Notes: generated by a model not told the origin, from the sequence alone. A DNA stretch of 64,000 bases from Candidatus Poribacteria bacterium (GCA_965116925.1 OZ220744.1:576001-640000); one strand, 5' to 3'. Numbered from the stretch's first letter, positions 19,385 to 30,425 are shown. Translations and numbers: made by a program.

Positions 19385-20257
19385 ATGTCAACTGTATCCG
19401 CTTCAGCCCAGACAGTGGTTGGGACACCGCGCATAGATGACCGCGACTGGAGCCAACTCACGCTCGGTCAACGCATTCAGCACCTTGAGGTCGAAGGCTA
19501 CGTGGTTTTCCCCGATCTGCTCGATGCGGACCACATTGCACGTCTCAAAGCGCAGGCATCTCAGTTTGAAACAACCCATGTAGACTACAGCGTCCATCAG
19601 CGAGGGCGATCAAGCATCCAGTTCGCTGGCGGTGCGATCTCCGAATTGATCGCGTATCCACCGATGATCGAGTTCCTCAAGGAGTTATGCGGTGAACACC
19701 TCGTTTTGATGTCCTACGATTACTCCCGATCTGAGCCGGGACACCCCGGCATCAGCCTGCACTGCGACGGTCAACCTTGGGGCTCCCGGATCTTCAGCGC
19801 AGAGTATACCTGTCCCAAAATTATCCGTGTCCTTTACTACCTAGACGACCTAATCCCAGAGGTTTCGCCCTTCCGCGTGGTGCCGCGATCTCATTTGAGT
19901 TTCCACAACGAGGCAAACCCCTACCTACGCTACGCAGAACACCCCGAAGAGATGATGGTAACGTGCAAGGCGGGTGCTGCGGTGCTGTTTAATAACTATG
20001 TTTTCCACGGCAACTACCCAAATGTTGGGACATACCCACGGGAGGCACTGCAGCTCTCATACCGACCAACTTGGGCAGGGCCCGCCGCCGAGGTGGAGCC
20101 TTGGGACAAAGACGAAGTTGCCAAACTCTCCCCAGCTGTGCGTGAATTGATGGGGGATCGCAGCGCTCGCATCTGGATATACGAGGGCGGCAACAAACCG
20201 CCGAATATGCCGCACGAAGCCCCCGGCATGAACCCAAGTCGGTGGGAGCGTGAGTAA
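19385..20257 (+). CDS. Phytanoyl-CoA dioxygenase (PhyH) family Fe/2OG dioxygenase
   Basis: HCD, YLDD, VVPRSH, distal FHG..N..R. Confidence 0.9.
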   Translation: MSTVSASAQTVVGTPRIDDRDWSQLTLGQRIQHLEVEGYVVFPDLLDADHIARLKAQASQFETTHVDYSVHQRGRSSIQFAGGAISELIAYPPMIEFLKELCGEHLVLMSYDYSRSEPGHPGISLHCDGQPWGSRIFSAEYTCPKIIRVLYYLDDLIPEVSPFRVVPRSHLSFHNEANPYLRYAEHPEEMMVTCKAGAAVLFNNYVFHGNYPNVGTYPREALQLSYRPTWAGPAAEVEPWDKDEVAKLSPAVRELMGDRSARIWIYEGGNKPPNMPHEAPGMNPSRWERE

Positions 20258-20269
20258 GACGGGACGCTT

Positions 20270-20989
20270 CTAACCCGCCATAATCAGGGAACTCACCCAC
20301 TCCTGATGCGGATTCAGAATTTTGTAGGTCGTGCCCGCGGGAATGTGAATCATATCCCCTTCGGTTATCTCCTGTTCTTCACCATCGCTTTGGAGCACAC
20401 CGCGATTCTCGATCACATAGTAGACCTGCTCGATATCCGTGTGGCATCGCTCAATCGATTCGTTGCCGGGCTGCACAGACTCGCGAGCAATGAACCGCAT
20501 TCCCTTCAGACAACCATTCTCACTATCGTCTTCAGGTTCGAGTTGATACCATCGTACTGCACCTGCACCGTCCCCTTGTGGTGGCGTCTGTGTCCAATTG
20601 CGGATGGTAAACTTACCACCACGACTCGGCACACCCATACTGATGACGTGATGTTCTAACCAACCCTCATTCATGGTGTTGAACATCTGGTGATGGATGT
20701 CGGCCGGTAAGTAAACCGCATCCCCATCTGTTACGGGATAACGTTTATCCTCGAACAGTACCTCTCCCTTTCCGCTGAGAATATAGTAGACCTGTTCCAA
20801 ACTCTCATGCTTGTGATAATCAGAGGTCTTGCGCCCCTGGAGCGCGTGTCGGGCAAAACCTCCCAGCCTGTCCAGACGATGCCGATCATCGTCGCCGCCT
20901 TCTTTGATAGAGCGTAAACAGCCCCAATGCACTGCACTTAGATGGGAGATGTTAGGTTGGACATCGCGCCAGTTTTTTATGTAAGCCAT
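20270..20989 (-). CDS. Bicupin protein
   Basis: Two cupin motifs (HKHESLEQVYY; HTDIEQVYY). Confidence 0.85.
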   Translation of the reverse strand: MAYIKNWRDVQPNISHLSAVHWGCLRSIKEGGDDDRHRLDRLGGFARHALQGRKTSDYHKHESLEQVYYILSGKGEVLFEDKRYPVTDGDAVYLPADIHHQMFNTMNEGWLEHHVISMGVPSRGGKFTIRNWTQTPPQGDGAGAVRWYQLEPEDDSENGCLKGMRFIARESVQPGNESIERCHTDIEQVYYVIENRGVLQSDGEEQEITEGDMIHIPAGTTYKILNPHQEWVSSLIMAG

Positions 20990-21218
20990 TTTTTCCTCCT
21001 AGTGACTAGGGCGATTGATATGTATGTCGTAGGGGCGAGGTTTCCTCGCCTAACGGGGTGGGAGACCCAACCCCCTACGGGAACTGACCTAATGTAGGGG
21101 CAACCCTTGTGGTTGCCCATCTTTAGTTTTTCTTTTCATTTGTGTGGATTCGCGTTAATTCGCGGAGGCTTTAATACTTCACACCTTCTTTTTATATGAA
21201 CCCAAGTGAATCTTGGTA

Positions 21219-21989
21219 CTATTCCCCCACAAACGCCCTAAATAGACCCACATACAACGCTAGCACCTTTTCAGGATCCGGTCCCCGATACGCGCATTCA
21301 TTGGAGATGTAGCCATCGAATCCGATGCGTTGGAGCCACTCGAACATTTGACGGTAAAGTTCAAAGGTCTCCGGGTCCTCAGCAGCGTGGGTATGCACGG
21401 CGGTGATGTGCGACGCAACCTGCGAAAAGAGTGGTTCAATACTTCCCCCCTCACAACCGAAGAACTGACAGTTGAATACAAAACCGACATTGGGCAGATT
21501 CACACCTTTAATAACTTCCATCGCTGGGACTGGATCTATGAAAGATCCGTGCATTTCGATCGACACCGTAATCCCTTTCGGTTGGGCATACTCCCCAACT
21601 TCTTTTAGCCCATCGGTGACATACCCAACAACGGCATCGCGGGTGTTATCGTCGAATCGGTCACCGAGGACACGGACGTGATCGCAGCCCATAAAGTCCG
21701 TCATCTCAATAACTCGCTTGATGCGGCGCACACTTTCGGCGCGATCCGCTGCATCCGGTGAATGAAAATTCTGGCAACTCGTCAACGATGAAATCACCAC
21801 CCCACTGGCATCAATCTCTCCTTTGAGCTTTCCCCACTGGTCTTCGGGCGTATCCCACTCAAAACCGTGTTTCTGCTCGTAATCCATCAGTAACTCAACG
21901 CCGTGATACCCTGTATCTTCAGCGATTTTGAGTATTTTGCTCAGTTCCCAATCTTGACAGGTCTGATATGTGTTCAGCGACCATTTCAT
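21219..21989 (-). CDS. Sugar phosphate isomerase/epimerase
   Basis: GYHGVEL, IEMHG, GYISNE. Confidence 0.85.
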   Translation of the reverse strand: MKWSLNTYQTCQDWELSKILKIAEDTGYHGVELLMDYEQKHGFEWDTPEDQWGKLKGEIDASGVVISSLTSCQNFHSPDAADRAESVRRIKRVIEMTDFMGCDHVRVLGDRFDDNTRDAVVGYVTDGLKEVGEYAQPKGITVSIEMHGSFIDPVPAMEVIKGVNLPNVGFVFNCQFFGCEGGSIEPLFSQVASHITAVHTHAAEDPETFELYRQMFEWLQRIGFDGYISNECAYRGPDPEKVLALYVGLFRAFVGE

Positions 21990-22020
21990 AATAATTCCTC
22001 CGAATTTGAATTTGCAACAG

Positions 22021-22049
22021 AGTTTAACACATGCAAGGCATCAGGTCAA
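22021..22049 (-). promoter_or_regulatory. Sigma70-type promoter
   Basis: TTGACC-17-TAAACT with extended TG upstream of 21989. Confidence 0.55.
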
Positions 22050-22064
22050 CTCTAGAACGTAACA

Positions 22065-23111
22065 CTAAAATCCCTCCCCTTCTACGCTCCGCAGTTCTTC
22101 TAGAAACCGCCACATATCATCGGGCATTGGAGCGGAAACGGTCAGTCGTTCCTCCGTCTCCGGATGGATGAACCCAAGCGTGTGAGCGTGCAGTGCTTGG
22201 CGATTGAGTGCCACAAGTGCTTCCTCAACAGCAGCGGAAGGAGCATCGTGGAGGGCACGAGCGTATCCGCCCCCGTAAACGTGATCGCCGGCTACGGGGT
22301 GTCCGATATGACTGAGATGGACGCGAATCTGGTGGATACGTCCCGTCTCCAATGTCAGTTGGAGGAGGGAGAACCGGTCGTAACGTTCAAGAAGGTGATA
22401 ATGAGTGACCGCATGACGCCCACCGGTTCCTGTTACTGTCATCTTCCGCTTGTCTCGCGGACTTCGGATAATGTGAGCATTGATTGTCCCCGTTTCGTTG
22501 GGCGGGACACCGCAAACAACAGCGTTGTAGTGACGTGTAGTGGTATGTGCCTCAAACTGAGCCGAAAGATGCCGATGTGCGTGATCTGTCTTAGCAGCGA
22601 CAATCGCGCCGGAGGTGTCCTTGTCGAGGCGATGTACGATGCCGGGGCGTTGAACGCCCCCGATACCGGGGAGGGTTTCGCAGTGGTGGAGCAGCGCATT
22701 GACAAGTGTGCCAGATTGGACATCACCGGCGGGGTGGACAGTCATACCAGCCGGCTTGTTCACGACAATTAGAGCCGAATCTTCATACAGGGTGTCGAGT
22801 AGAATCAGTTCAGGTTCAATTGTCTGAAGGGGGCGTGGTTCGGGAAGTGCGAGGGAAATCTGATCACCGGTTCGGAGTTTGTAGCCGGGCTTGGACGGTT
22901 TGCCGTTGACGGTTATAGCACCTTCGCGAACCAGTTTTTGGATGTATGTTCGTGACAGGGAAAAGGAGGATGGTGTTTCTACCTTTGCATCCACCTGCTC
23001 TGGGAGCTGCGCCTCGACAAAGCGATCAAGTCTAACATCACTTGGGGCGGCGTCCGTGTTAGACGCTCCCTCCCTAAAAGGAGCAAAATCGAAAACTTGG
23101 GACTTTGACAT
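22065..23111 (-). CDS. rluD: 23S rRNA pseudouridine synthase RluD
   Basis: S4 domain, NKPAG, HRLDKDTSG, GRIHQIRVH. Confidence 0.9.
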   Translation of the reverse strand: MSKSQVFDFAPFREGASNTDAAPSDVRLDRFVEAQLPEQVDAKVETPSSFSLSRTYIQKLVREGAITVNGKPSKPGYKLRTGDQISLALPEPRPLQTIEPELILLDTLYEDSALIVVNKPAGMTVHPAGDVQSGTLVNALLHHCETLPGIGGVQRPGIVHRLDKDTSGAIVAAKTDHAHRHLSAQFEAHTTTRHYNAVVCGVPPNETGTINAHIIRSPRDKRKMTVTGTGGRHAVTHYHLLERYDRFSLLQLTLETGRIHQIRVHLSHIGHPVAGDHVYGGGYARALHDAPSAAVEEALVALNRQALHAHTLGFIHPETEERLTVSAPMPDDMWRFLEELRSVEGEGF

Positions 23112-23244
23112 AATGTGGTACAGTAAATATAGTAGTAGGCATACTCCGTATGCCGTAACCTCTTAAAGCCCTAGAGGGGGAGACATGTATCACATTGGGT
23201 TATGTGCGATGTATTGAGAACATCGCTCTCGACAGCAACTTGCG

Positions 23245-24627
23245 TCAAAAAATATGAATAGCACGGTCATAAGCTGCCTCAGCAGATTCCATAACGGCTT
23301 CGGCGAGGGTCGGATGCGCGTGGATTGTATGCGCCAAATCGGCGACCGACGCCTCCATACGGATAGCAATAACGGCTTCATGAATCAGGTCTGAAGCGTG
23401 CGCTCCAAGGATATGGACGCCGAGAATGTCGCCAAATTCCTGATCTGAGATGACCTTGACAAATCCATCTGTCTCGCGCATTCCCAAAGCCTTACCGCTC
23501 GCCGCGTAAGGAAATCGTCCGACCTTAACCGCGTAACCCTCTTCCTCGGCTTGCGCCTCCGTCATGCCGCATCTAGCGATTTCGGGAATTGTGAAAACGC
23601 ACCACGGTATTGTGCTGTAATCCATCTCCGCTTCTCCGCCCATGCAGTTTTGCGCGGCGACAATCCCCTCCGCTGATGCAACATGCGCTAACAGATATCG
23701 ACTCGCCACATCGCCGACTGCGTAGATACCCGGCACATTGGTTTCCATTCGCTCATTAACGACAATCTTGCCTTTATCTATGCGGACACCAACAGCTTCC
23801 AACCCAATGCCTTCCGAGTTGAAACTCCTGCCAATAGAAATCAACATCTTCTCCGCGCTGAAACTTTCGCCGGATTCCAACGTTGCAGTCACCCCGGATT
23901 CTGATTTATCTACGCCCGATACATTGGCGTCTGTCTTGATTTCGATCCCTTTCCGTCTCATCAAAAGGCGGAGTTGTCGAACAACCTGCACATCCTCCGT
24001 AGCAAGAATTGTCGGCAGCAACTCAAGGACGGTGACATCGCAGCCCAATCCGTTGAAGATTGACGCAAACTCACAACCGGCAACACCACCACCCACGATG
24101 ATGAGACTCTTTGGAAGTTCCGTCAGTTCGAGGATTCCTGTCGTCGTCAGGACCTGCTGCTCATCAATCTCAAAAAGGGGAATATTCGCAGGTTCGGAAC
24201 CGGTGGCGATAATAATTTGGTTCGCTTCAATCTGCTCCTGTGTGCTGTCCGCTTTCGTCGCCTCTATCCTATTCCTCCCGGTGAGGACACCGGTGCCGTT
24301 AATTGTGTCAACCCCGTTCCTTTTGAGTAGCTGCGCGATGCCACCGGTAAGTTTTTTGACGGTGGCATCCTTATGTCCTAGCACCTGTGCGTAATCAATC
24401 TCCGCACCGCTAATCTTGACTCCGAATCCTTCTGCCTCCCGAACTTGCGTAGCGAAGTGCGCCACCGAAAACAGCGTTTTGGTCGGGATACACCCCCGAT
24501 TCAGACAGGTGCCTCCCCATTCCCCTTTTTCGATTAAGCAGACTTTGCCTCCTAATTGGGCAGCCTTGATCGCCGCGACATAGCCGCCGGGTCCGCCTCC
24601 AATTATAGCAATATCATAAGTAGACAT
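23245..24627 (-). CDS. lpdA: Dihydrolipoyl dehydrogenase
   Basis: GGGPGG, GGTCLNRGCIP, HPTLAE. Confidence 0.95.
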   Translation of the reverse strand: MSTYDIAIIGGGPGGYVAAIKAAQLGGKVCLIEKGEWGGTCLNRGCIPTKTLFSVAHFATQVREAEGFGVKISGAEIDYAQVLGHKDATVKKLTGGIAQLLKRNGVDTINGTGVLTGRNRIEATKADSTQEQIEANQIIIATGSEPANIPLFEIDEQQVLTTTGILELTELPKSLIIVGGGVAGCEFASIFNGLGCDVTVLELLPTILATEDVQVVRQLRLLMRRKGIEIKTDANVSGVDKSESGVTATLESGESFSAEKMLISIGRSFNSEGIGLEAVGVRIDKGKIVVNERMETNVPGIYAVGDVASRYLLAHVASAEGIVAAQNCMGGEAEMDYSTIPWCVFTIPEIARCGMTEAQAEEEGYAVKVGRFPYAASGKALGMRETDGFVKVISDQEFGDILGVHILGAHASDLIHEAVIAIRMEASVADLAHTIHAHPTLAEAVMESAEAAYDRAIHIF

Positions 24628-24648
24628 TAACACCTCCCGTGTAGGTTT

Positions 24649-25542
24649 TTACATCACAGCTGCCAACTGCTCCCAAATCTCCTCCGGCACCGGCGTGGTT
24701 GCCGCAGCAAAATTCTGTTCAACCTCCGCTGCGTCTTTGGATCCTGTCAGGCTCATGTGGATAAGCGGTTGACGCAGGCAGAATTGGATCGCCAAATTGA
24801 GCAGGTTCTGACTGTTTTCCTCAGCCCACTGCCAGAGTCGATGTGCTTGTTCTCCCTCCGGTGGTCGAGCCGTTACGTCCGGTTCAACGCCGGAGAGCAA
24901 GCCCATTGCGATTGGGCTGCCATTAATCACGCCGATGTCGTGCTTCGCGGCAAACGGCAACAAGCTCTCAGCGGCGGTCTGGCTCAACAGCGTGTAATCA
25001 AGGAAGGTCAGTATCACATCCACAACACCCGTTTCAATGGCGATACGGTGAAACTCATGTTCACGGACACCAAGTCCAATAAAGCGCAGCAGCCCTTCAT
25101 CTCGCATCCGCTGAAGCTCCTCAAATGCCCCACCCTTTGCAAGCACCGGATCCATGCTGTCCGGATCATGAACGAGGCACACATCTAGGTAGTCTGTGTC
25201 CAACAGGCGCATGCTATTTTCGACGCTTCGGCGCGTCGTTGATGCCGAAAAGTCGCCACGCCATTCCGGATGTGTTCCTATCTTTGTTGCCAAGTAAATC
25301 TTCTCACGCCAACCCCCAGCCAGCGCAAGCCCGATCCGTCTTTCACTTTCGCAAGCCCCATACAACGGTGCTGTGTCGAGGTAGTTCATTCCTAGTTCTA
25401 TCGCCCGGTGTACCGCTTCAATCGCTTCATCATCGGATACATTGTCGCGTCCAACACCTGCGCCGCCCATACTGAGCGCGGTTACTTCTAAACCTGTGCG
25501 CCCCAACCGACGGCGAGGTAGCATTGTACTTTCCTGTGTCAT
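24649..25542 (-). CDS. Aldo/keto reductase
   Basis: DTAPLYG, ATK, DYLD..VHDP. Confidence 0.9.
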   Translation of the reverse strand: MTQESTMLPRRRLGRTGLEVTALSMGGAGVGRDNVSDDEAIEAVHRAIELGMNYLDTAPLYGACESERRIGLALAGGWREKIYLATKIGTHPEWRGDFSASTTRRSVENSMRLLDTDYLDVCLVHDPDSMDPVLAKGGAFEELQRMRDEGLLRFIGLGVREHEFHRIAIETGVVDVILTFLDYTLLSQTAAESLLPFAAKHDIGVINGSPIAMGLLSGVEPDVTARPPEGEQAHRLWQWAEENSQNLLNLAIQFCLRQPLIHMSLTGSKDAAEVEQNFAAATTPVPEEIWEQLAAVM

Positions 25543-25704
25543 GATTATTCCTTATTGTATATAACTATCCAAGGTGCTAGTCGTAGACATATTGCTCTAG
25601 ATCCCGATCTTATCGGGGTTTTACGCATTACGTTTCACGATTCAGACAGGCACCAGACCAACAGGCAACAACTCACACCATTATAGAGTAAATAGCAGCC
25701 TAGA

Positions 25705-26070
25705 TTATAACTCCCGGTGTAAATGTCCGCGACGCGCATCCGGCCCAATGACACTCACCCACTGAATCCCTTTTACGGTGTCGTCGGGAATATGTCCATG
25801 CTCCACGCCTTTGGGCGTTACAACCAGATCGCCCGGGCCAATCCGATACGATTGACTCGTGCCCTCAGAGGTGCGCAGGGTAACAGTTGTTGTGCCTTCG
25901 GTGAAATACCAATACTCATCGTAGTCGTGATAGTGTAGCTCTGTTGGCTGATCTTTGGATACTGCAAAGTGTCCAATACTTCCCATATCCACTGGATCGA
26001 GGAGGGGCTTAACCGCTTCTCCGACGCGTTCTCCATCACTGAGTCTGACCACATAGATATCTGTTTTCAT
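25705..26070 (-). CDS. Cupin domain protein
   Basis: HYHDYDEYW and PKGVEH. Confidence 0.85.
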   Translation of the reverse strand: MKTDIYVVRLSDGERVGEAVKPLLDPVDMGSIGHFAVSKDQPTELHYHDYDEYWYFTEGTTTVTLRTSEGTSQSYRIGPGDLVVTPKGVEHGHIPDDTVKGIQWVSVIGPDARRGHLHREL

Positions 26071-26327
26071 CGCTATCTCCTCTGACTCTCTGATTGTTTT
26101 GTTTCCGCTTAATTTCCATTGCTTATATTATCTGAAAAGATCTGTCCCATCAAACCTGTAGCGAGGATGTTATCACAAATTAAGCGGAGAATGCTATCAA
26201 AAAACAGTGAAGTTTGAACGCTGCATCCACCTAAAGCTGATGTATCTATTACTACCTGTAAAAATAATCTCGAATATGATACAATAAAGACACAAACAGA
26301 CCTTACTACTGAATCGCAACTTTAATC

Positions 26328-26966
26328 ATGAAACTAAAAATCCCTAAACTTTTCAGAGGTCCAAAGCCGAAAGTAGCAGTTCCATCGGTTACTGAGGACG
26401 TAGAACCCATTGGACAACCGCAGCCATTCGATTCGGACAAAATCCGATATTGTCCGCAGCGTCCTTTTCCTCCCTATCGGCATGTGCCGGGGGTCACGCC
26501 GCACCCGATCAGAGATCCAGAAGGGCATAGCTACGGCTTGGAGGACGACGATAGCCCGGTTTCCCTACCTACGGAGTGGCGTCAAACTGAGGATTATCTA
26601 TACGGAGTCGATCTCTATAATTTCGCCTACTGGTGGGAAGCGCATGAGGCGTGGGAAGGGCTTTGGAATAAAACGGAGGACGATTGTCGGTTGTTCTTGC
26701 AGGGGTTAATCCAAATTTCGGCGGCACTGATTAAGTACCATATGCGACAACTGCGTGGGCTGCAAAGCCTTTCAACCAATGGACGCAACAAACTACGTCA
26801 GGTGCTAACCAACCTCGACAATCCGACAGGGATGTACATGGGTATAAATCTACCCGAATTCCTAGCCTGCTTGGATACCTTTTGCGATCCGTTCTTTTCC
26901 GATACAGTCTCGGAGCAAACTTACTCTCACGTGACAGTGAAACCACTCATTCACCTGCAGTTCTAG
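26328..26966 (+). CDS. DUF309 domain protein
   Basis: GVDLYN..YWWEAHEAWE..W, LQGLIQ. Confidence 0.85.
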   Translation: MKLKIPKLFRGPKPKVAVPSVTEDVEPIGQPQPFDSDKIRYCPQRPFPPYRHVPGVTPHPIRDPEGHSYGLEDDDSPVSLPTEWRQTEDYLYGVDLYNFAYWWEAHEAWEGLWNKTEDDCRLFLQGLIQISAALIKYHMRQLRGLQSLSTNGRNKLRQVLTNLDNPTGMYMGINLPEFLACLDTFCDPFFSDTVSEQTYSHVTVKPLIHLQF

Positions 26967-27072
26967 ACTACGGTCGAAGTTAAGAGAGAGTCACTTTTAA
27001 CTTCTTGCAGCATTTCGCGAGTCGTGTTATAATTATGCAAACTAGATGATTCTATCAAAGTAAAATCTCAAC

Positions 27073-27314
27073 TATAGCGAATCAGAGAAATAAGTGGACA
27101 TTTACCAATAACCCCAACCTACGCGAAGTTTCCAAAGTCCCCCTGATAAGGGGGATTTAGGGGGTTGGTTCTGGATTGGGAGTGTCCAATTATAGTGAAT
27201 TCAAAAAATAAATAGACACTTTCGCCCCAAACCTGGTAGGTGCGGTTTTCAACCGCACCGGTTTTGAGTGTTTCATTAATTCTAAGGTCCACTATAATTC
27301 TAAAATCTACTATA
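27073..27314. mobile_element. Nested MITEs: family A (27193-27294) inside the TIR of another family A element
   Basis: TA duplicated at 27191-92 and 27295-96; removing the inner copy restores the outer TIR. Confidence 0.8.
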
Positions 27315-27357
27315 AACACTGTGCTTAATCAAAGAACAACATACATGAGGGGGATTC

Positions 27358-28848
27358 ATGGTTCAATATAGAAAACACACTTTGCCTATCGCAATTTTGG
27401 GGGCTGCTGTTATCATCGCGCTCTTTCTTGTACCGCTAGGAGAGAAAACTGCGCTAAGTAATCGCGATGGCAGAAACAGTCTCATGCTGCAGAAGGCACT
27501 AATTGAGGTGATTAGAAAGGCAGATGTACATTATTACGACAGCGTCGATCAGCAGAAGATGTATGAAGGGGCGATCAAAGGTGCACTCGCTGCGCTAGAC
27601 GATCCCTATACTTTCTATCTACCGCCGGTGGATCAGAAACGCGAAGCGGAAAATCTCTACCATGCAAAATTTGGTGGACTGGGTATTCGGATTTATGAGG
27701 ATAAAGGCTTTATAAAAATTGCTCGACCCCTGCCCAATACCCCGGCAATGCGAGCGGGGTTGCAAGCGGGTGATTACATAACCAAAGTCGATGGAGAGCC
27801 GATTCATATTAGTGCGGGAGGCCAAACACTTTCAGAGGTCGTTGATATTTTAAGAGGGTTAGTTGGCACAGAGGTCACCGTTACAGTGCAGCGACGAGGA
27901 TATTCGGATCCATTTGATGTGACATTGATGCGTGAGGAGATCAAAATTAGTAGCGTTGAGCACACAAAGCTAGAGGATGGGATCGGCTATATAAAAATTG
28001 AGAACTTCACCGGCAGGACTGTTGAGGAATTCCAGAAGGCGCTAAAGACCTTACTTGATGCTGAAGATGGAGCGATGACGGCACTGATTCTGGATCTCCG
28101 ACACAATCCGGGAGGATTGCTTAAAGCTGCCTACGACGTAGCAGATGCCTTTATCTCTAGGGGTATTATTGTTTCAACACACGGGCGACTGAATCGATAC
28201 AACCAACAATATCCGGCAACGCCTGAAACACTTTGTCCATCGGAGATCGAGCTAGTGGTGCTTGTGAATGAGTATAGTGCGAGCGGTTCTGAAATTGTCG
28301 CAGGTGCCATCAAGGATTCCAAGCGGGGAGCTATCCTCGGCAAGAAAACTTTCGGCAAAGGTGTCGTCCAGCAACGGTTTCCTTTGAACAGCTTGAACAA
28401 AGATGGTGCAGTATCACTTACAATCTCGACTTACTACACACCGAGCGGCGTCTCAATTAACGAAAAGGGAATCGAACCAAATGTCGAGGTTGAGATGAGC
28501 AAACTCGACGAGGTAACAGCGGCAATGCGATCGTATGCGAGAAAATATGTCAAAACGTTTGTTGAGGAGTGGATCGAACGGACAGAGAAGGAGATGGGGG
28601 AAACTCCCAAAGATTTCTCTCAGTTGGAGGCAACCCTCCCAGAGTTAATAACCACACTTGCGGAACACAATATCACCCTTGATATGGAGGTTGTCAAGAA
28701 CGAAGCAAATCTGTTCTTCAACAGAAATGTTGGTATTGATCCATTAATCGATCTCGTTAATGATAATCAGTTACTAGACGCAATCCAACTGATCAAGACG
28801 GGTGGGGTTGAGGCAGCCCTTGCATCGACCCAAACAGTAGACCTCTAA
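27358..28848 (+). CDS. ctpA: C-terminal processing protease (S41A)
   Basis: DPYT, FGGLGI PDZ, DLRHNPGG, SASGSEI, KTFGKG. Confidence 0.92.
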   Translation: MVQYRKHTLPIAILGAAVIIALFLVPLGEKTALSNRDGRNSLMLQKALIEVIRKADVHYYDSVDQQKMYEGAIKGALAALDDPYTFYLPPVDQKREAENLYHAKFGGLGIRIYEDKGFIKIARPLPNTPAMRAGLQAGDYITKVDGEPIHISAGGQTLSEVVDILRGLVGTEVTVTVQRRGYSDPFDVTLMREEIKISSVEHTKLEDGIGYIKIENFTGRTVEEFQKALKTLLDAEDGAMTALILDLRHNPGGLLKAAYDVADAFISRGIIVSTHGRLNRYNQQYPATPETLCPSEIELVVLVNEYSASGSEIVAGAIKDSKRGAILGKKTFGKGVVQQRFPLNSLNKDGAVSLTISTYYTPSGVSINEKGIEPNVEVEMSKLDEVTAAMRSYARKYVKTFVEEWIERTEKEMGETPKDFSQLEATLPELITTLAEHNITLDMEVVKNEANLFFNRNVGIDPLIDLVNDNQLLDAIQLIKTGGVEAALASTQTVDL

Positions 28849-28860
28849 AAAAATCCTAGC

Positions 28861-28988
28861 TATAGTGAATTCTAAAAATAAATAGACACTTTTGCCCCTC
28901 GGTTTCGATCCCGGTTTATCGGGTCCGGTAGGTGCGGTTTTCAACCGCACCGGTTTGGCGTGTCTCATTAATTCTAAGGTCCACTATA
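28861..28988. mobile_element. MITE family A
   Basis: TA-TAGTG...CACTA-TA; GTAGGTGCGGTTTTCAACCGCACC cargo. Confidence 0.8.
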
Positions 28989-29046
28989 AACAAAGTCGAT
29001 CCATCTTTTTGAAAGGGGCAGAAAATTAGCCTCCAATCTGTCTGGG

Positions 29047-29529
29047 TCATAGCGGTCGTATATAGTGAATCTGTCGAGCGATTTCAATGAAACCCATCTT
29101 GGGATAAAATGCCGTTCCAATCTGATTCTGATCCAGCGTCTCAATCCGGGCGTAAAGCATTCCTTCCTCTTTGAGATATACCAATGCTGTCTCAATCAGT
29201 TGTGTCCCCAGCCCCCCTTGTTGGAAGTCTGGATGTACAGACAAATTTGGGATGCCGCCTATTTTTGTTTGATGGTTGACAGAGGTAGTGATATAACCCG
29301 CTACCTCCCCGCCAATCTCTGCGACAAACACACCGTCCGCATTTGCCGCTACATCATCGTTAATGTGCGGCATCTTGCGCTGTTTCCAATCGAGTTCATT
29401 GATAATACCGAACCTGTCTTCGATATTCTTATCGATTGAAACCCCCTCGAAACAAATTGCGGTGATTTGCCGTAGCGTTTCAAGATCTGATGGTCGATAT
29501 TTCCTTATCACGGTTTCTCCTTCCTGCAA
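29047..29529 (-). CDS. GNAT N-acetyltransferase
   Basis: VHPDFQQGGLG acetyl-CoA motif, FY..GF. Confidence 0.85.
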   Translation of the reverse strand: MQEGETVIRKYRPSDLETLRQITAICFEGVSIDKNIEDRFGIINELDWKQRKMPHINDDVAANADGVFVAEIGGEVAGYITTSVNHQTKIGGIPNLSVHPDFQQGGLGTQLIETALVYLKEEGMLYARIETLDQNQIGTAFYPKMGFIEIARQIHYIRPL

Positions 29530-29633
29530 ATTGCCGATAGAGCTGCATCTATAGTTTTCGTTCTCCCACTATCACACAATAATCAGGAATTTATGCGGTG
29601 TTCAGCAGCCAATCGAGTTCTCAAGGTTATGTT

Positions 29634-30425
29634 CTATTCCCAAAGCGCACCAGAAATCAACTGTTTCAGATATTCAATTTCGTGGGAGGCTGTCTCATAG
29701 GGTGGGTGATGGCTGCCGTGTTCGATAGAAATATAGCCATCAAAACCCTTGTCTTTTAATATCCGCGCGAACTCCGTAAAATCCTCATCCCCGGTGTCCA
29801 GAAATGTCAAATTGGGCCAATTTCCAATCCAATTGTGTGCATGAACATGAACAACGTGGGAACCTAACTGCGCCGCTGTGTCGAACACCGATTCGCCTAA
29901 TAGAGGTGTCTGGATGTTCACCTTCAGGTTTTCCATCCCTACGTCCGCTAACAGTTTGAGTGTAGTTGGACTAGTGTCTGTCAGGTTCGGTCCTGAATGG
30001 ATAACCTGATGGGTTTCGAGTGGAAACACGATGCCGTGCGGCATACCCATCTCACAAATCCGCTGCAACCCGTTCACACAGGCATCCCACTGCTCCACCG
30101 TGGCATCAGCACTACCGACATTGCCGGTGTAGGTGCGAATAAAGGGACCTCCCAACTGAATCGCATATTCGATATATCGTTCTGCATCCCGGATACTCTG
30201 CTCCCATGTCTCCGAGCTTGTGGTGAAGTCAAAATATGGGCAGATCTGGACGATTTCGAGGTGGTGGGCGTCCATTATCCCTTTGAGCCACTTTAGATCC
30301 GCGCCGGAGAGGTACTGTTCCCAAAACTCCAACCCGTCGTATCCCATCTGCGCTAACTTCGGGATGGCTTGTTCAATATCCTGCTGCGTGTTGCCAAAGG
30401 CATTCGTGCAAAACGATGCTTTCAT
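29634..30425 (-). CDS. Sugar phosphate isomerase/epimerase
   Basis: GYDGLE, LETH, HVH, GYISIE. Confidence 0.85.
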   Translation of the reverse strand: MKASFCTNAFGNTQQDIEQAIPKLAQMGYDGLEFWEQYLSGADLKWLKGIMDAHHLEIVQICPYFDFTTSSETWEQSIRDAERYIEYAIQLGGPFIRTYTGNVGSADATVEQWDACVNGLQRICEMGMPHGIVFPLETHQVIHSGPNLTDTSPTTLKLLADVGMENLKVNIQTPLLGESVFDTAAQLGSHVVHVHAHNWIGNWPNLTFLDTGDEDFTEFARILKDKGFDGYISIEHGSHHPPYETASHEIEYLKQLISGALWE

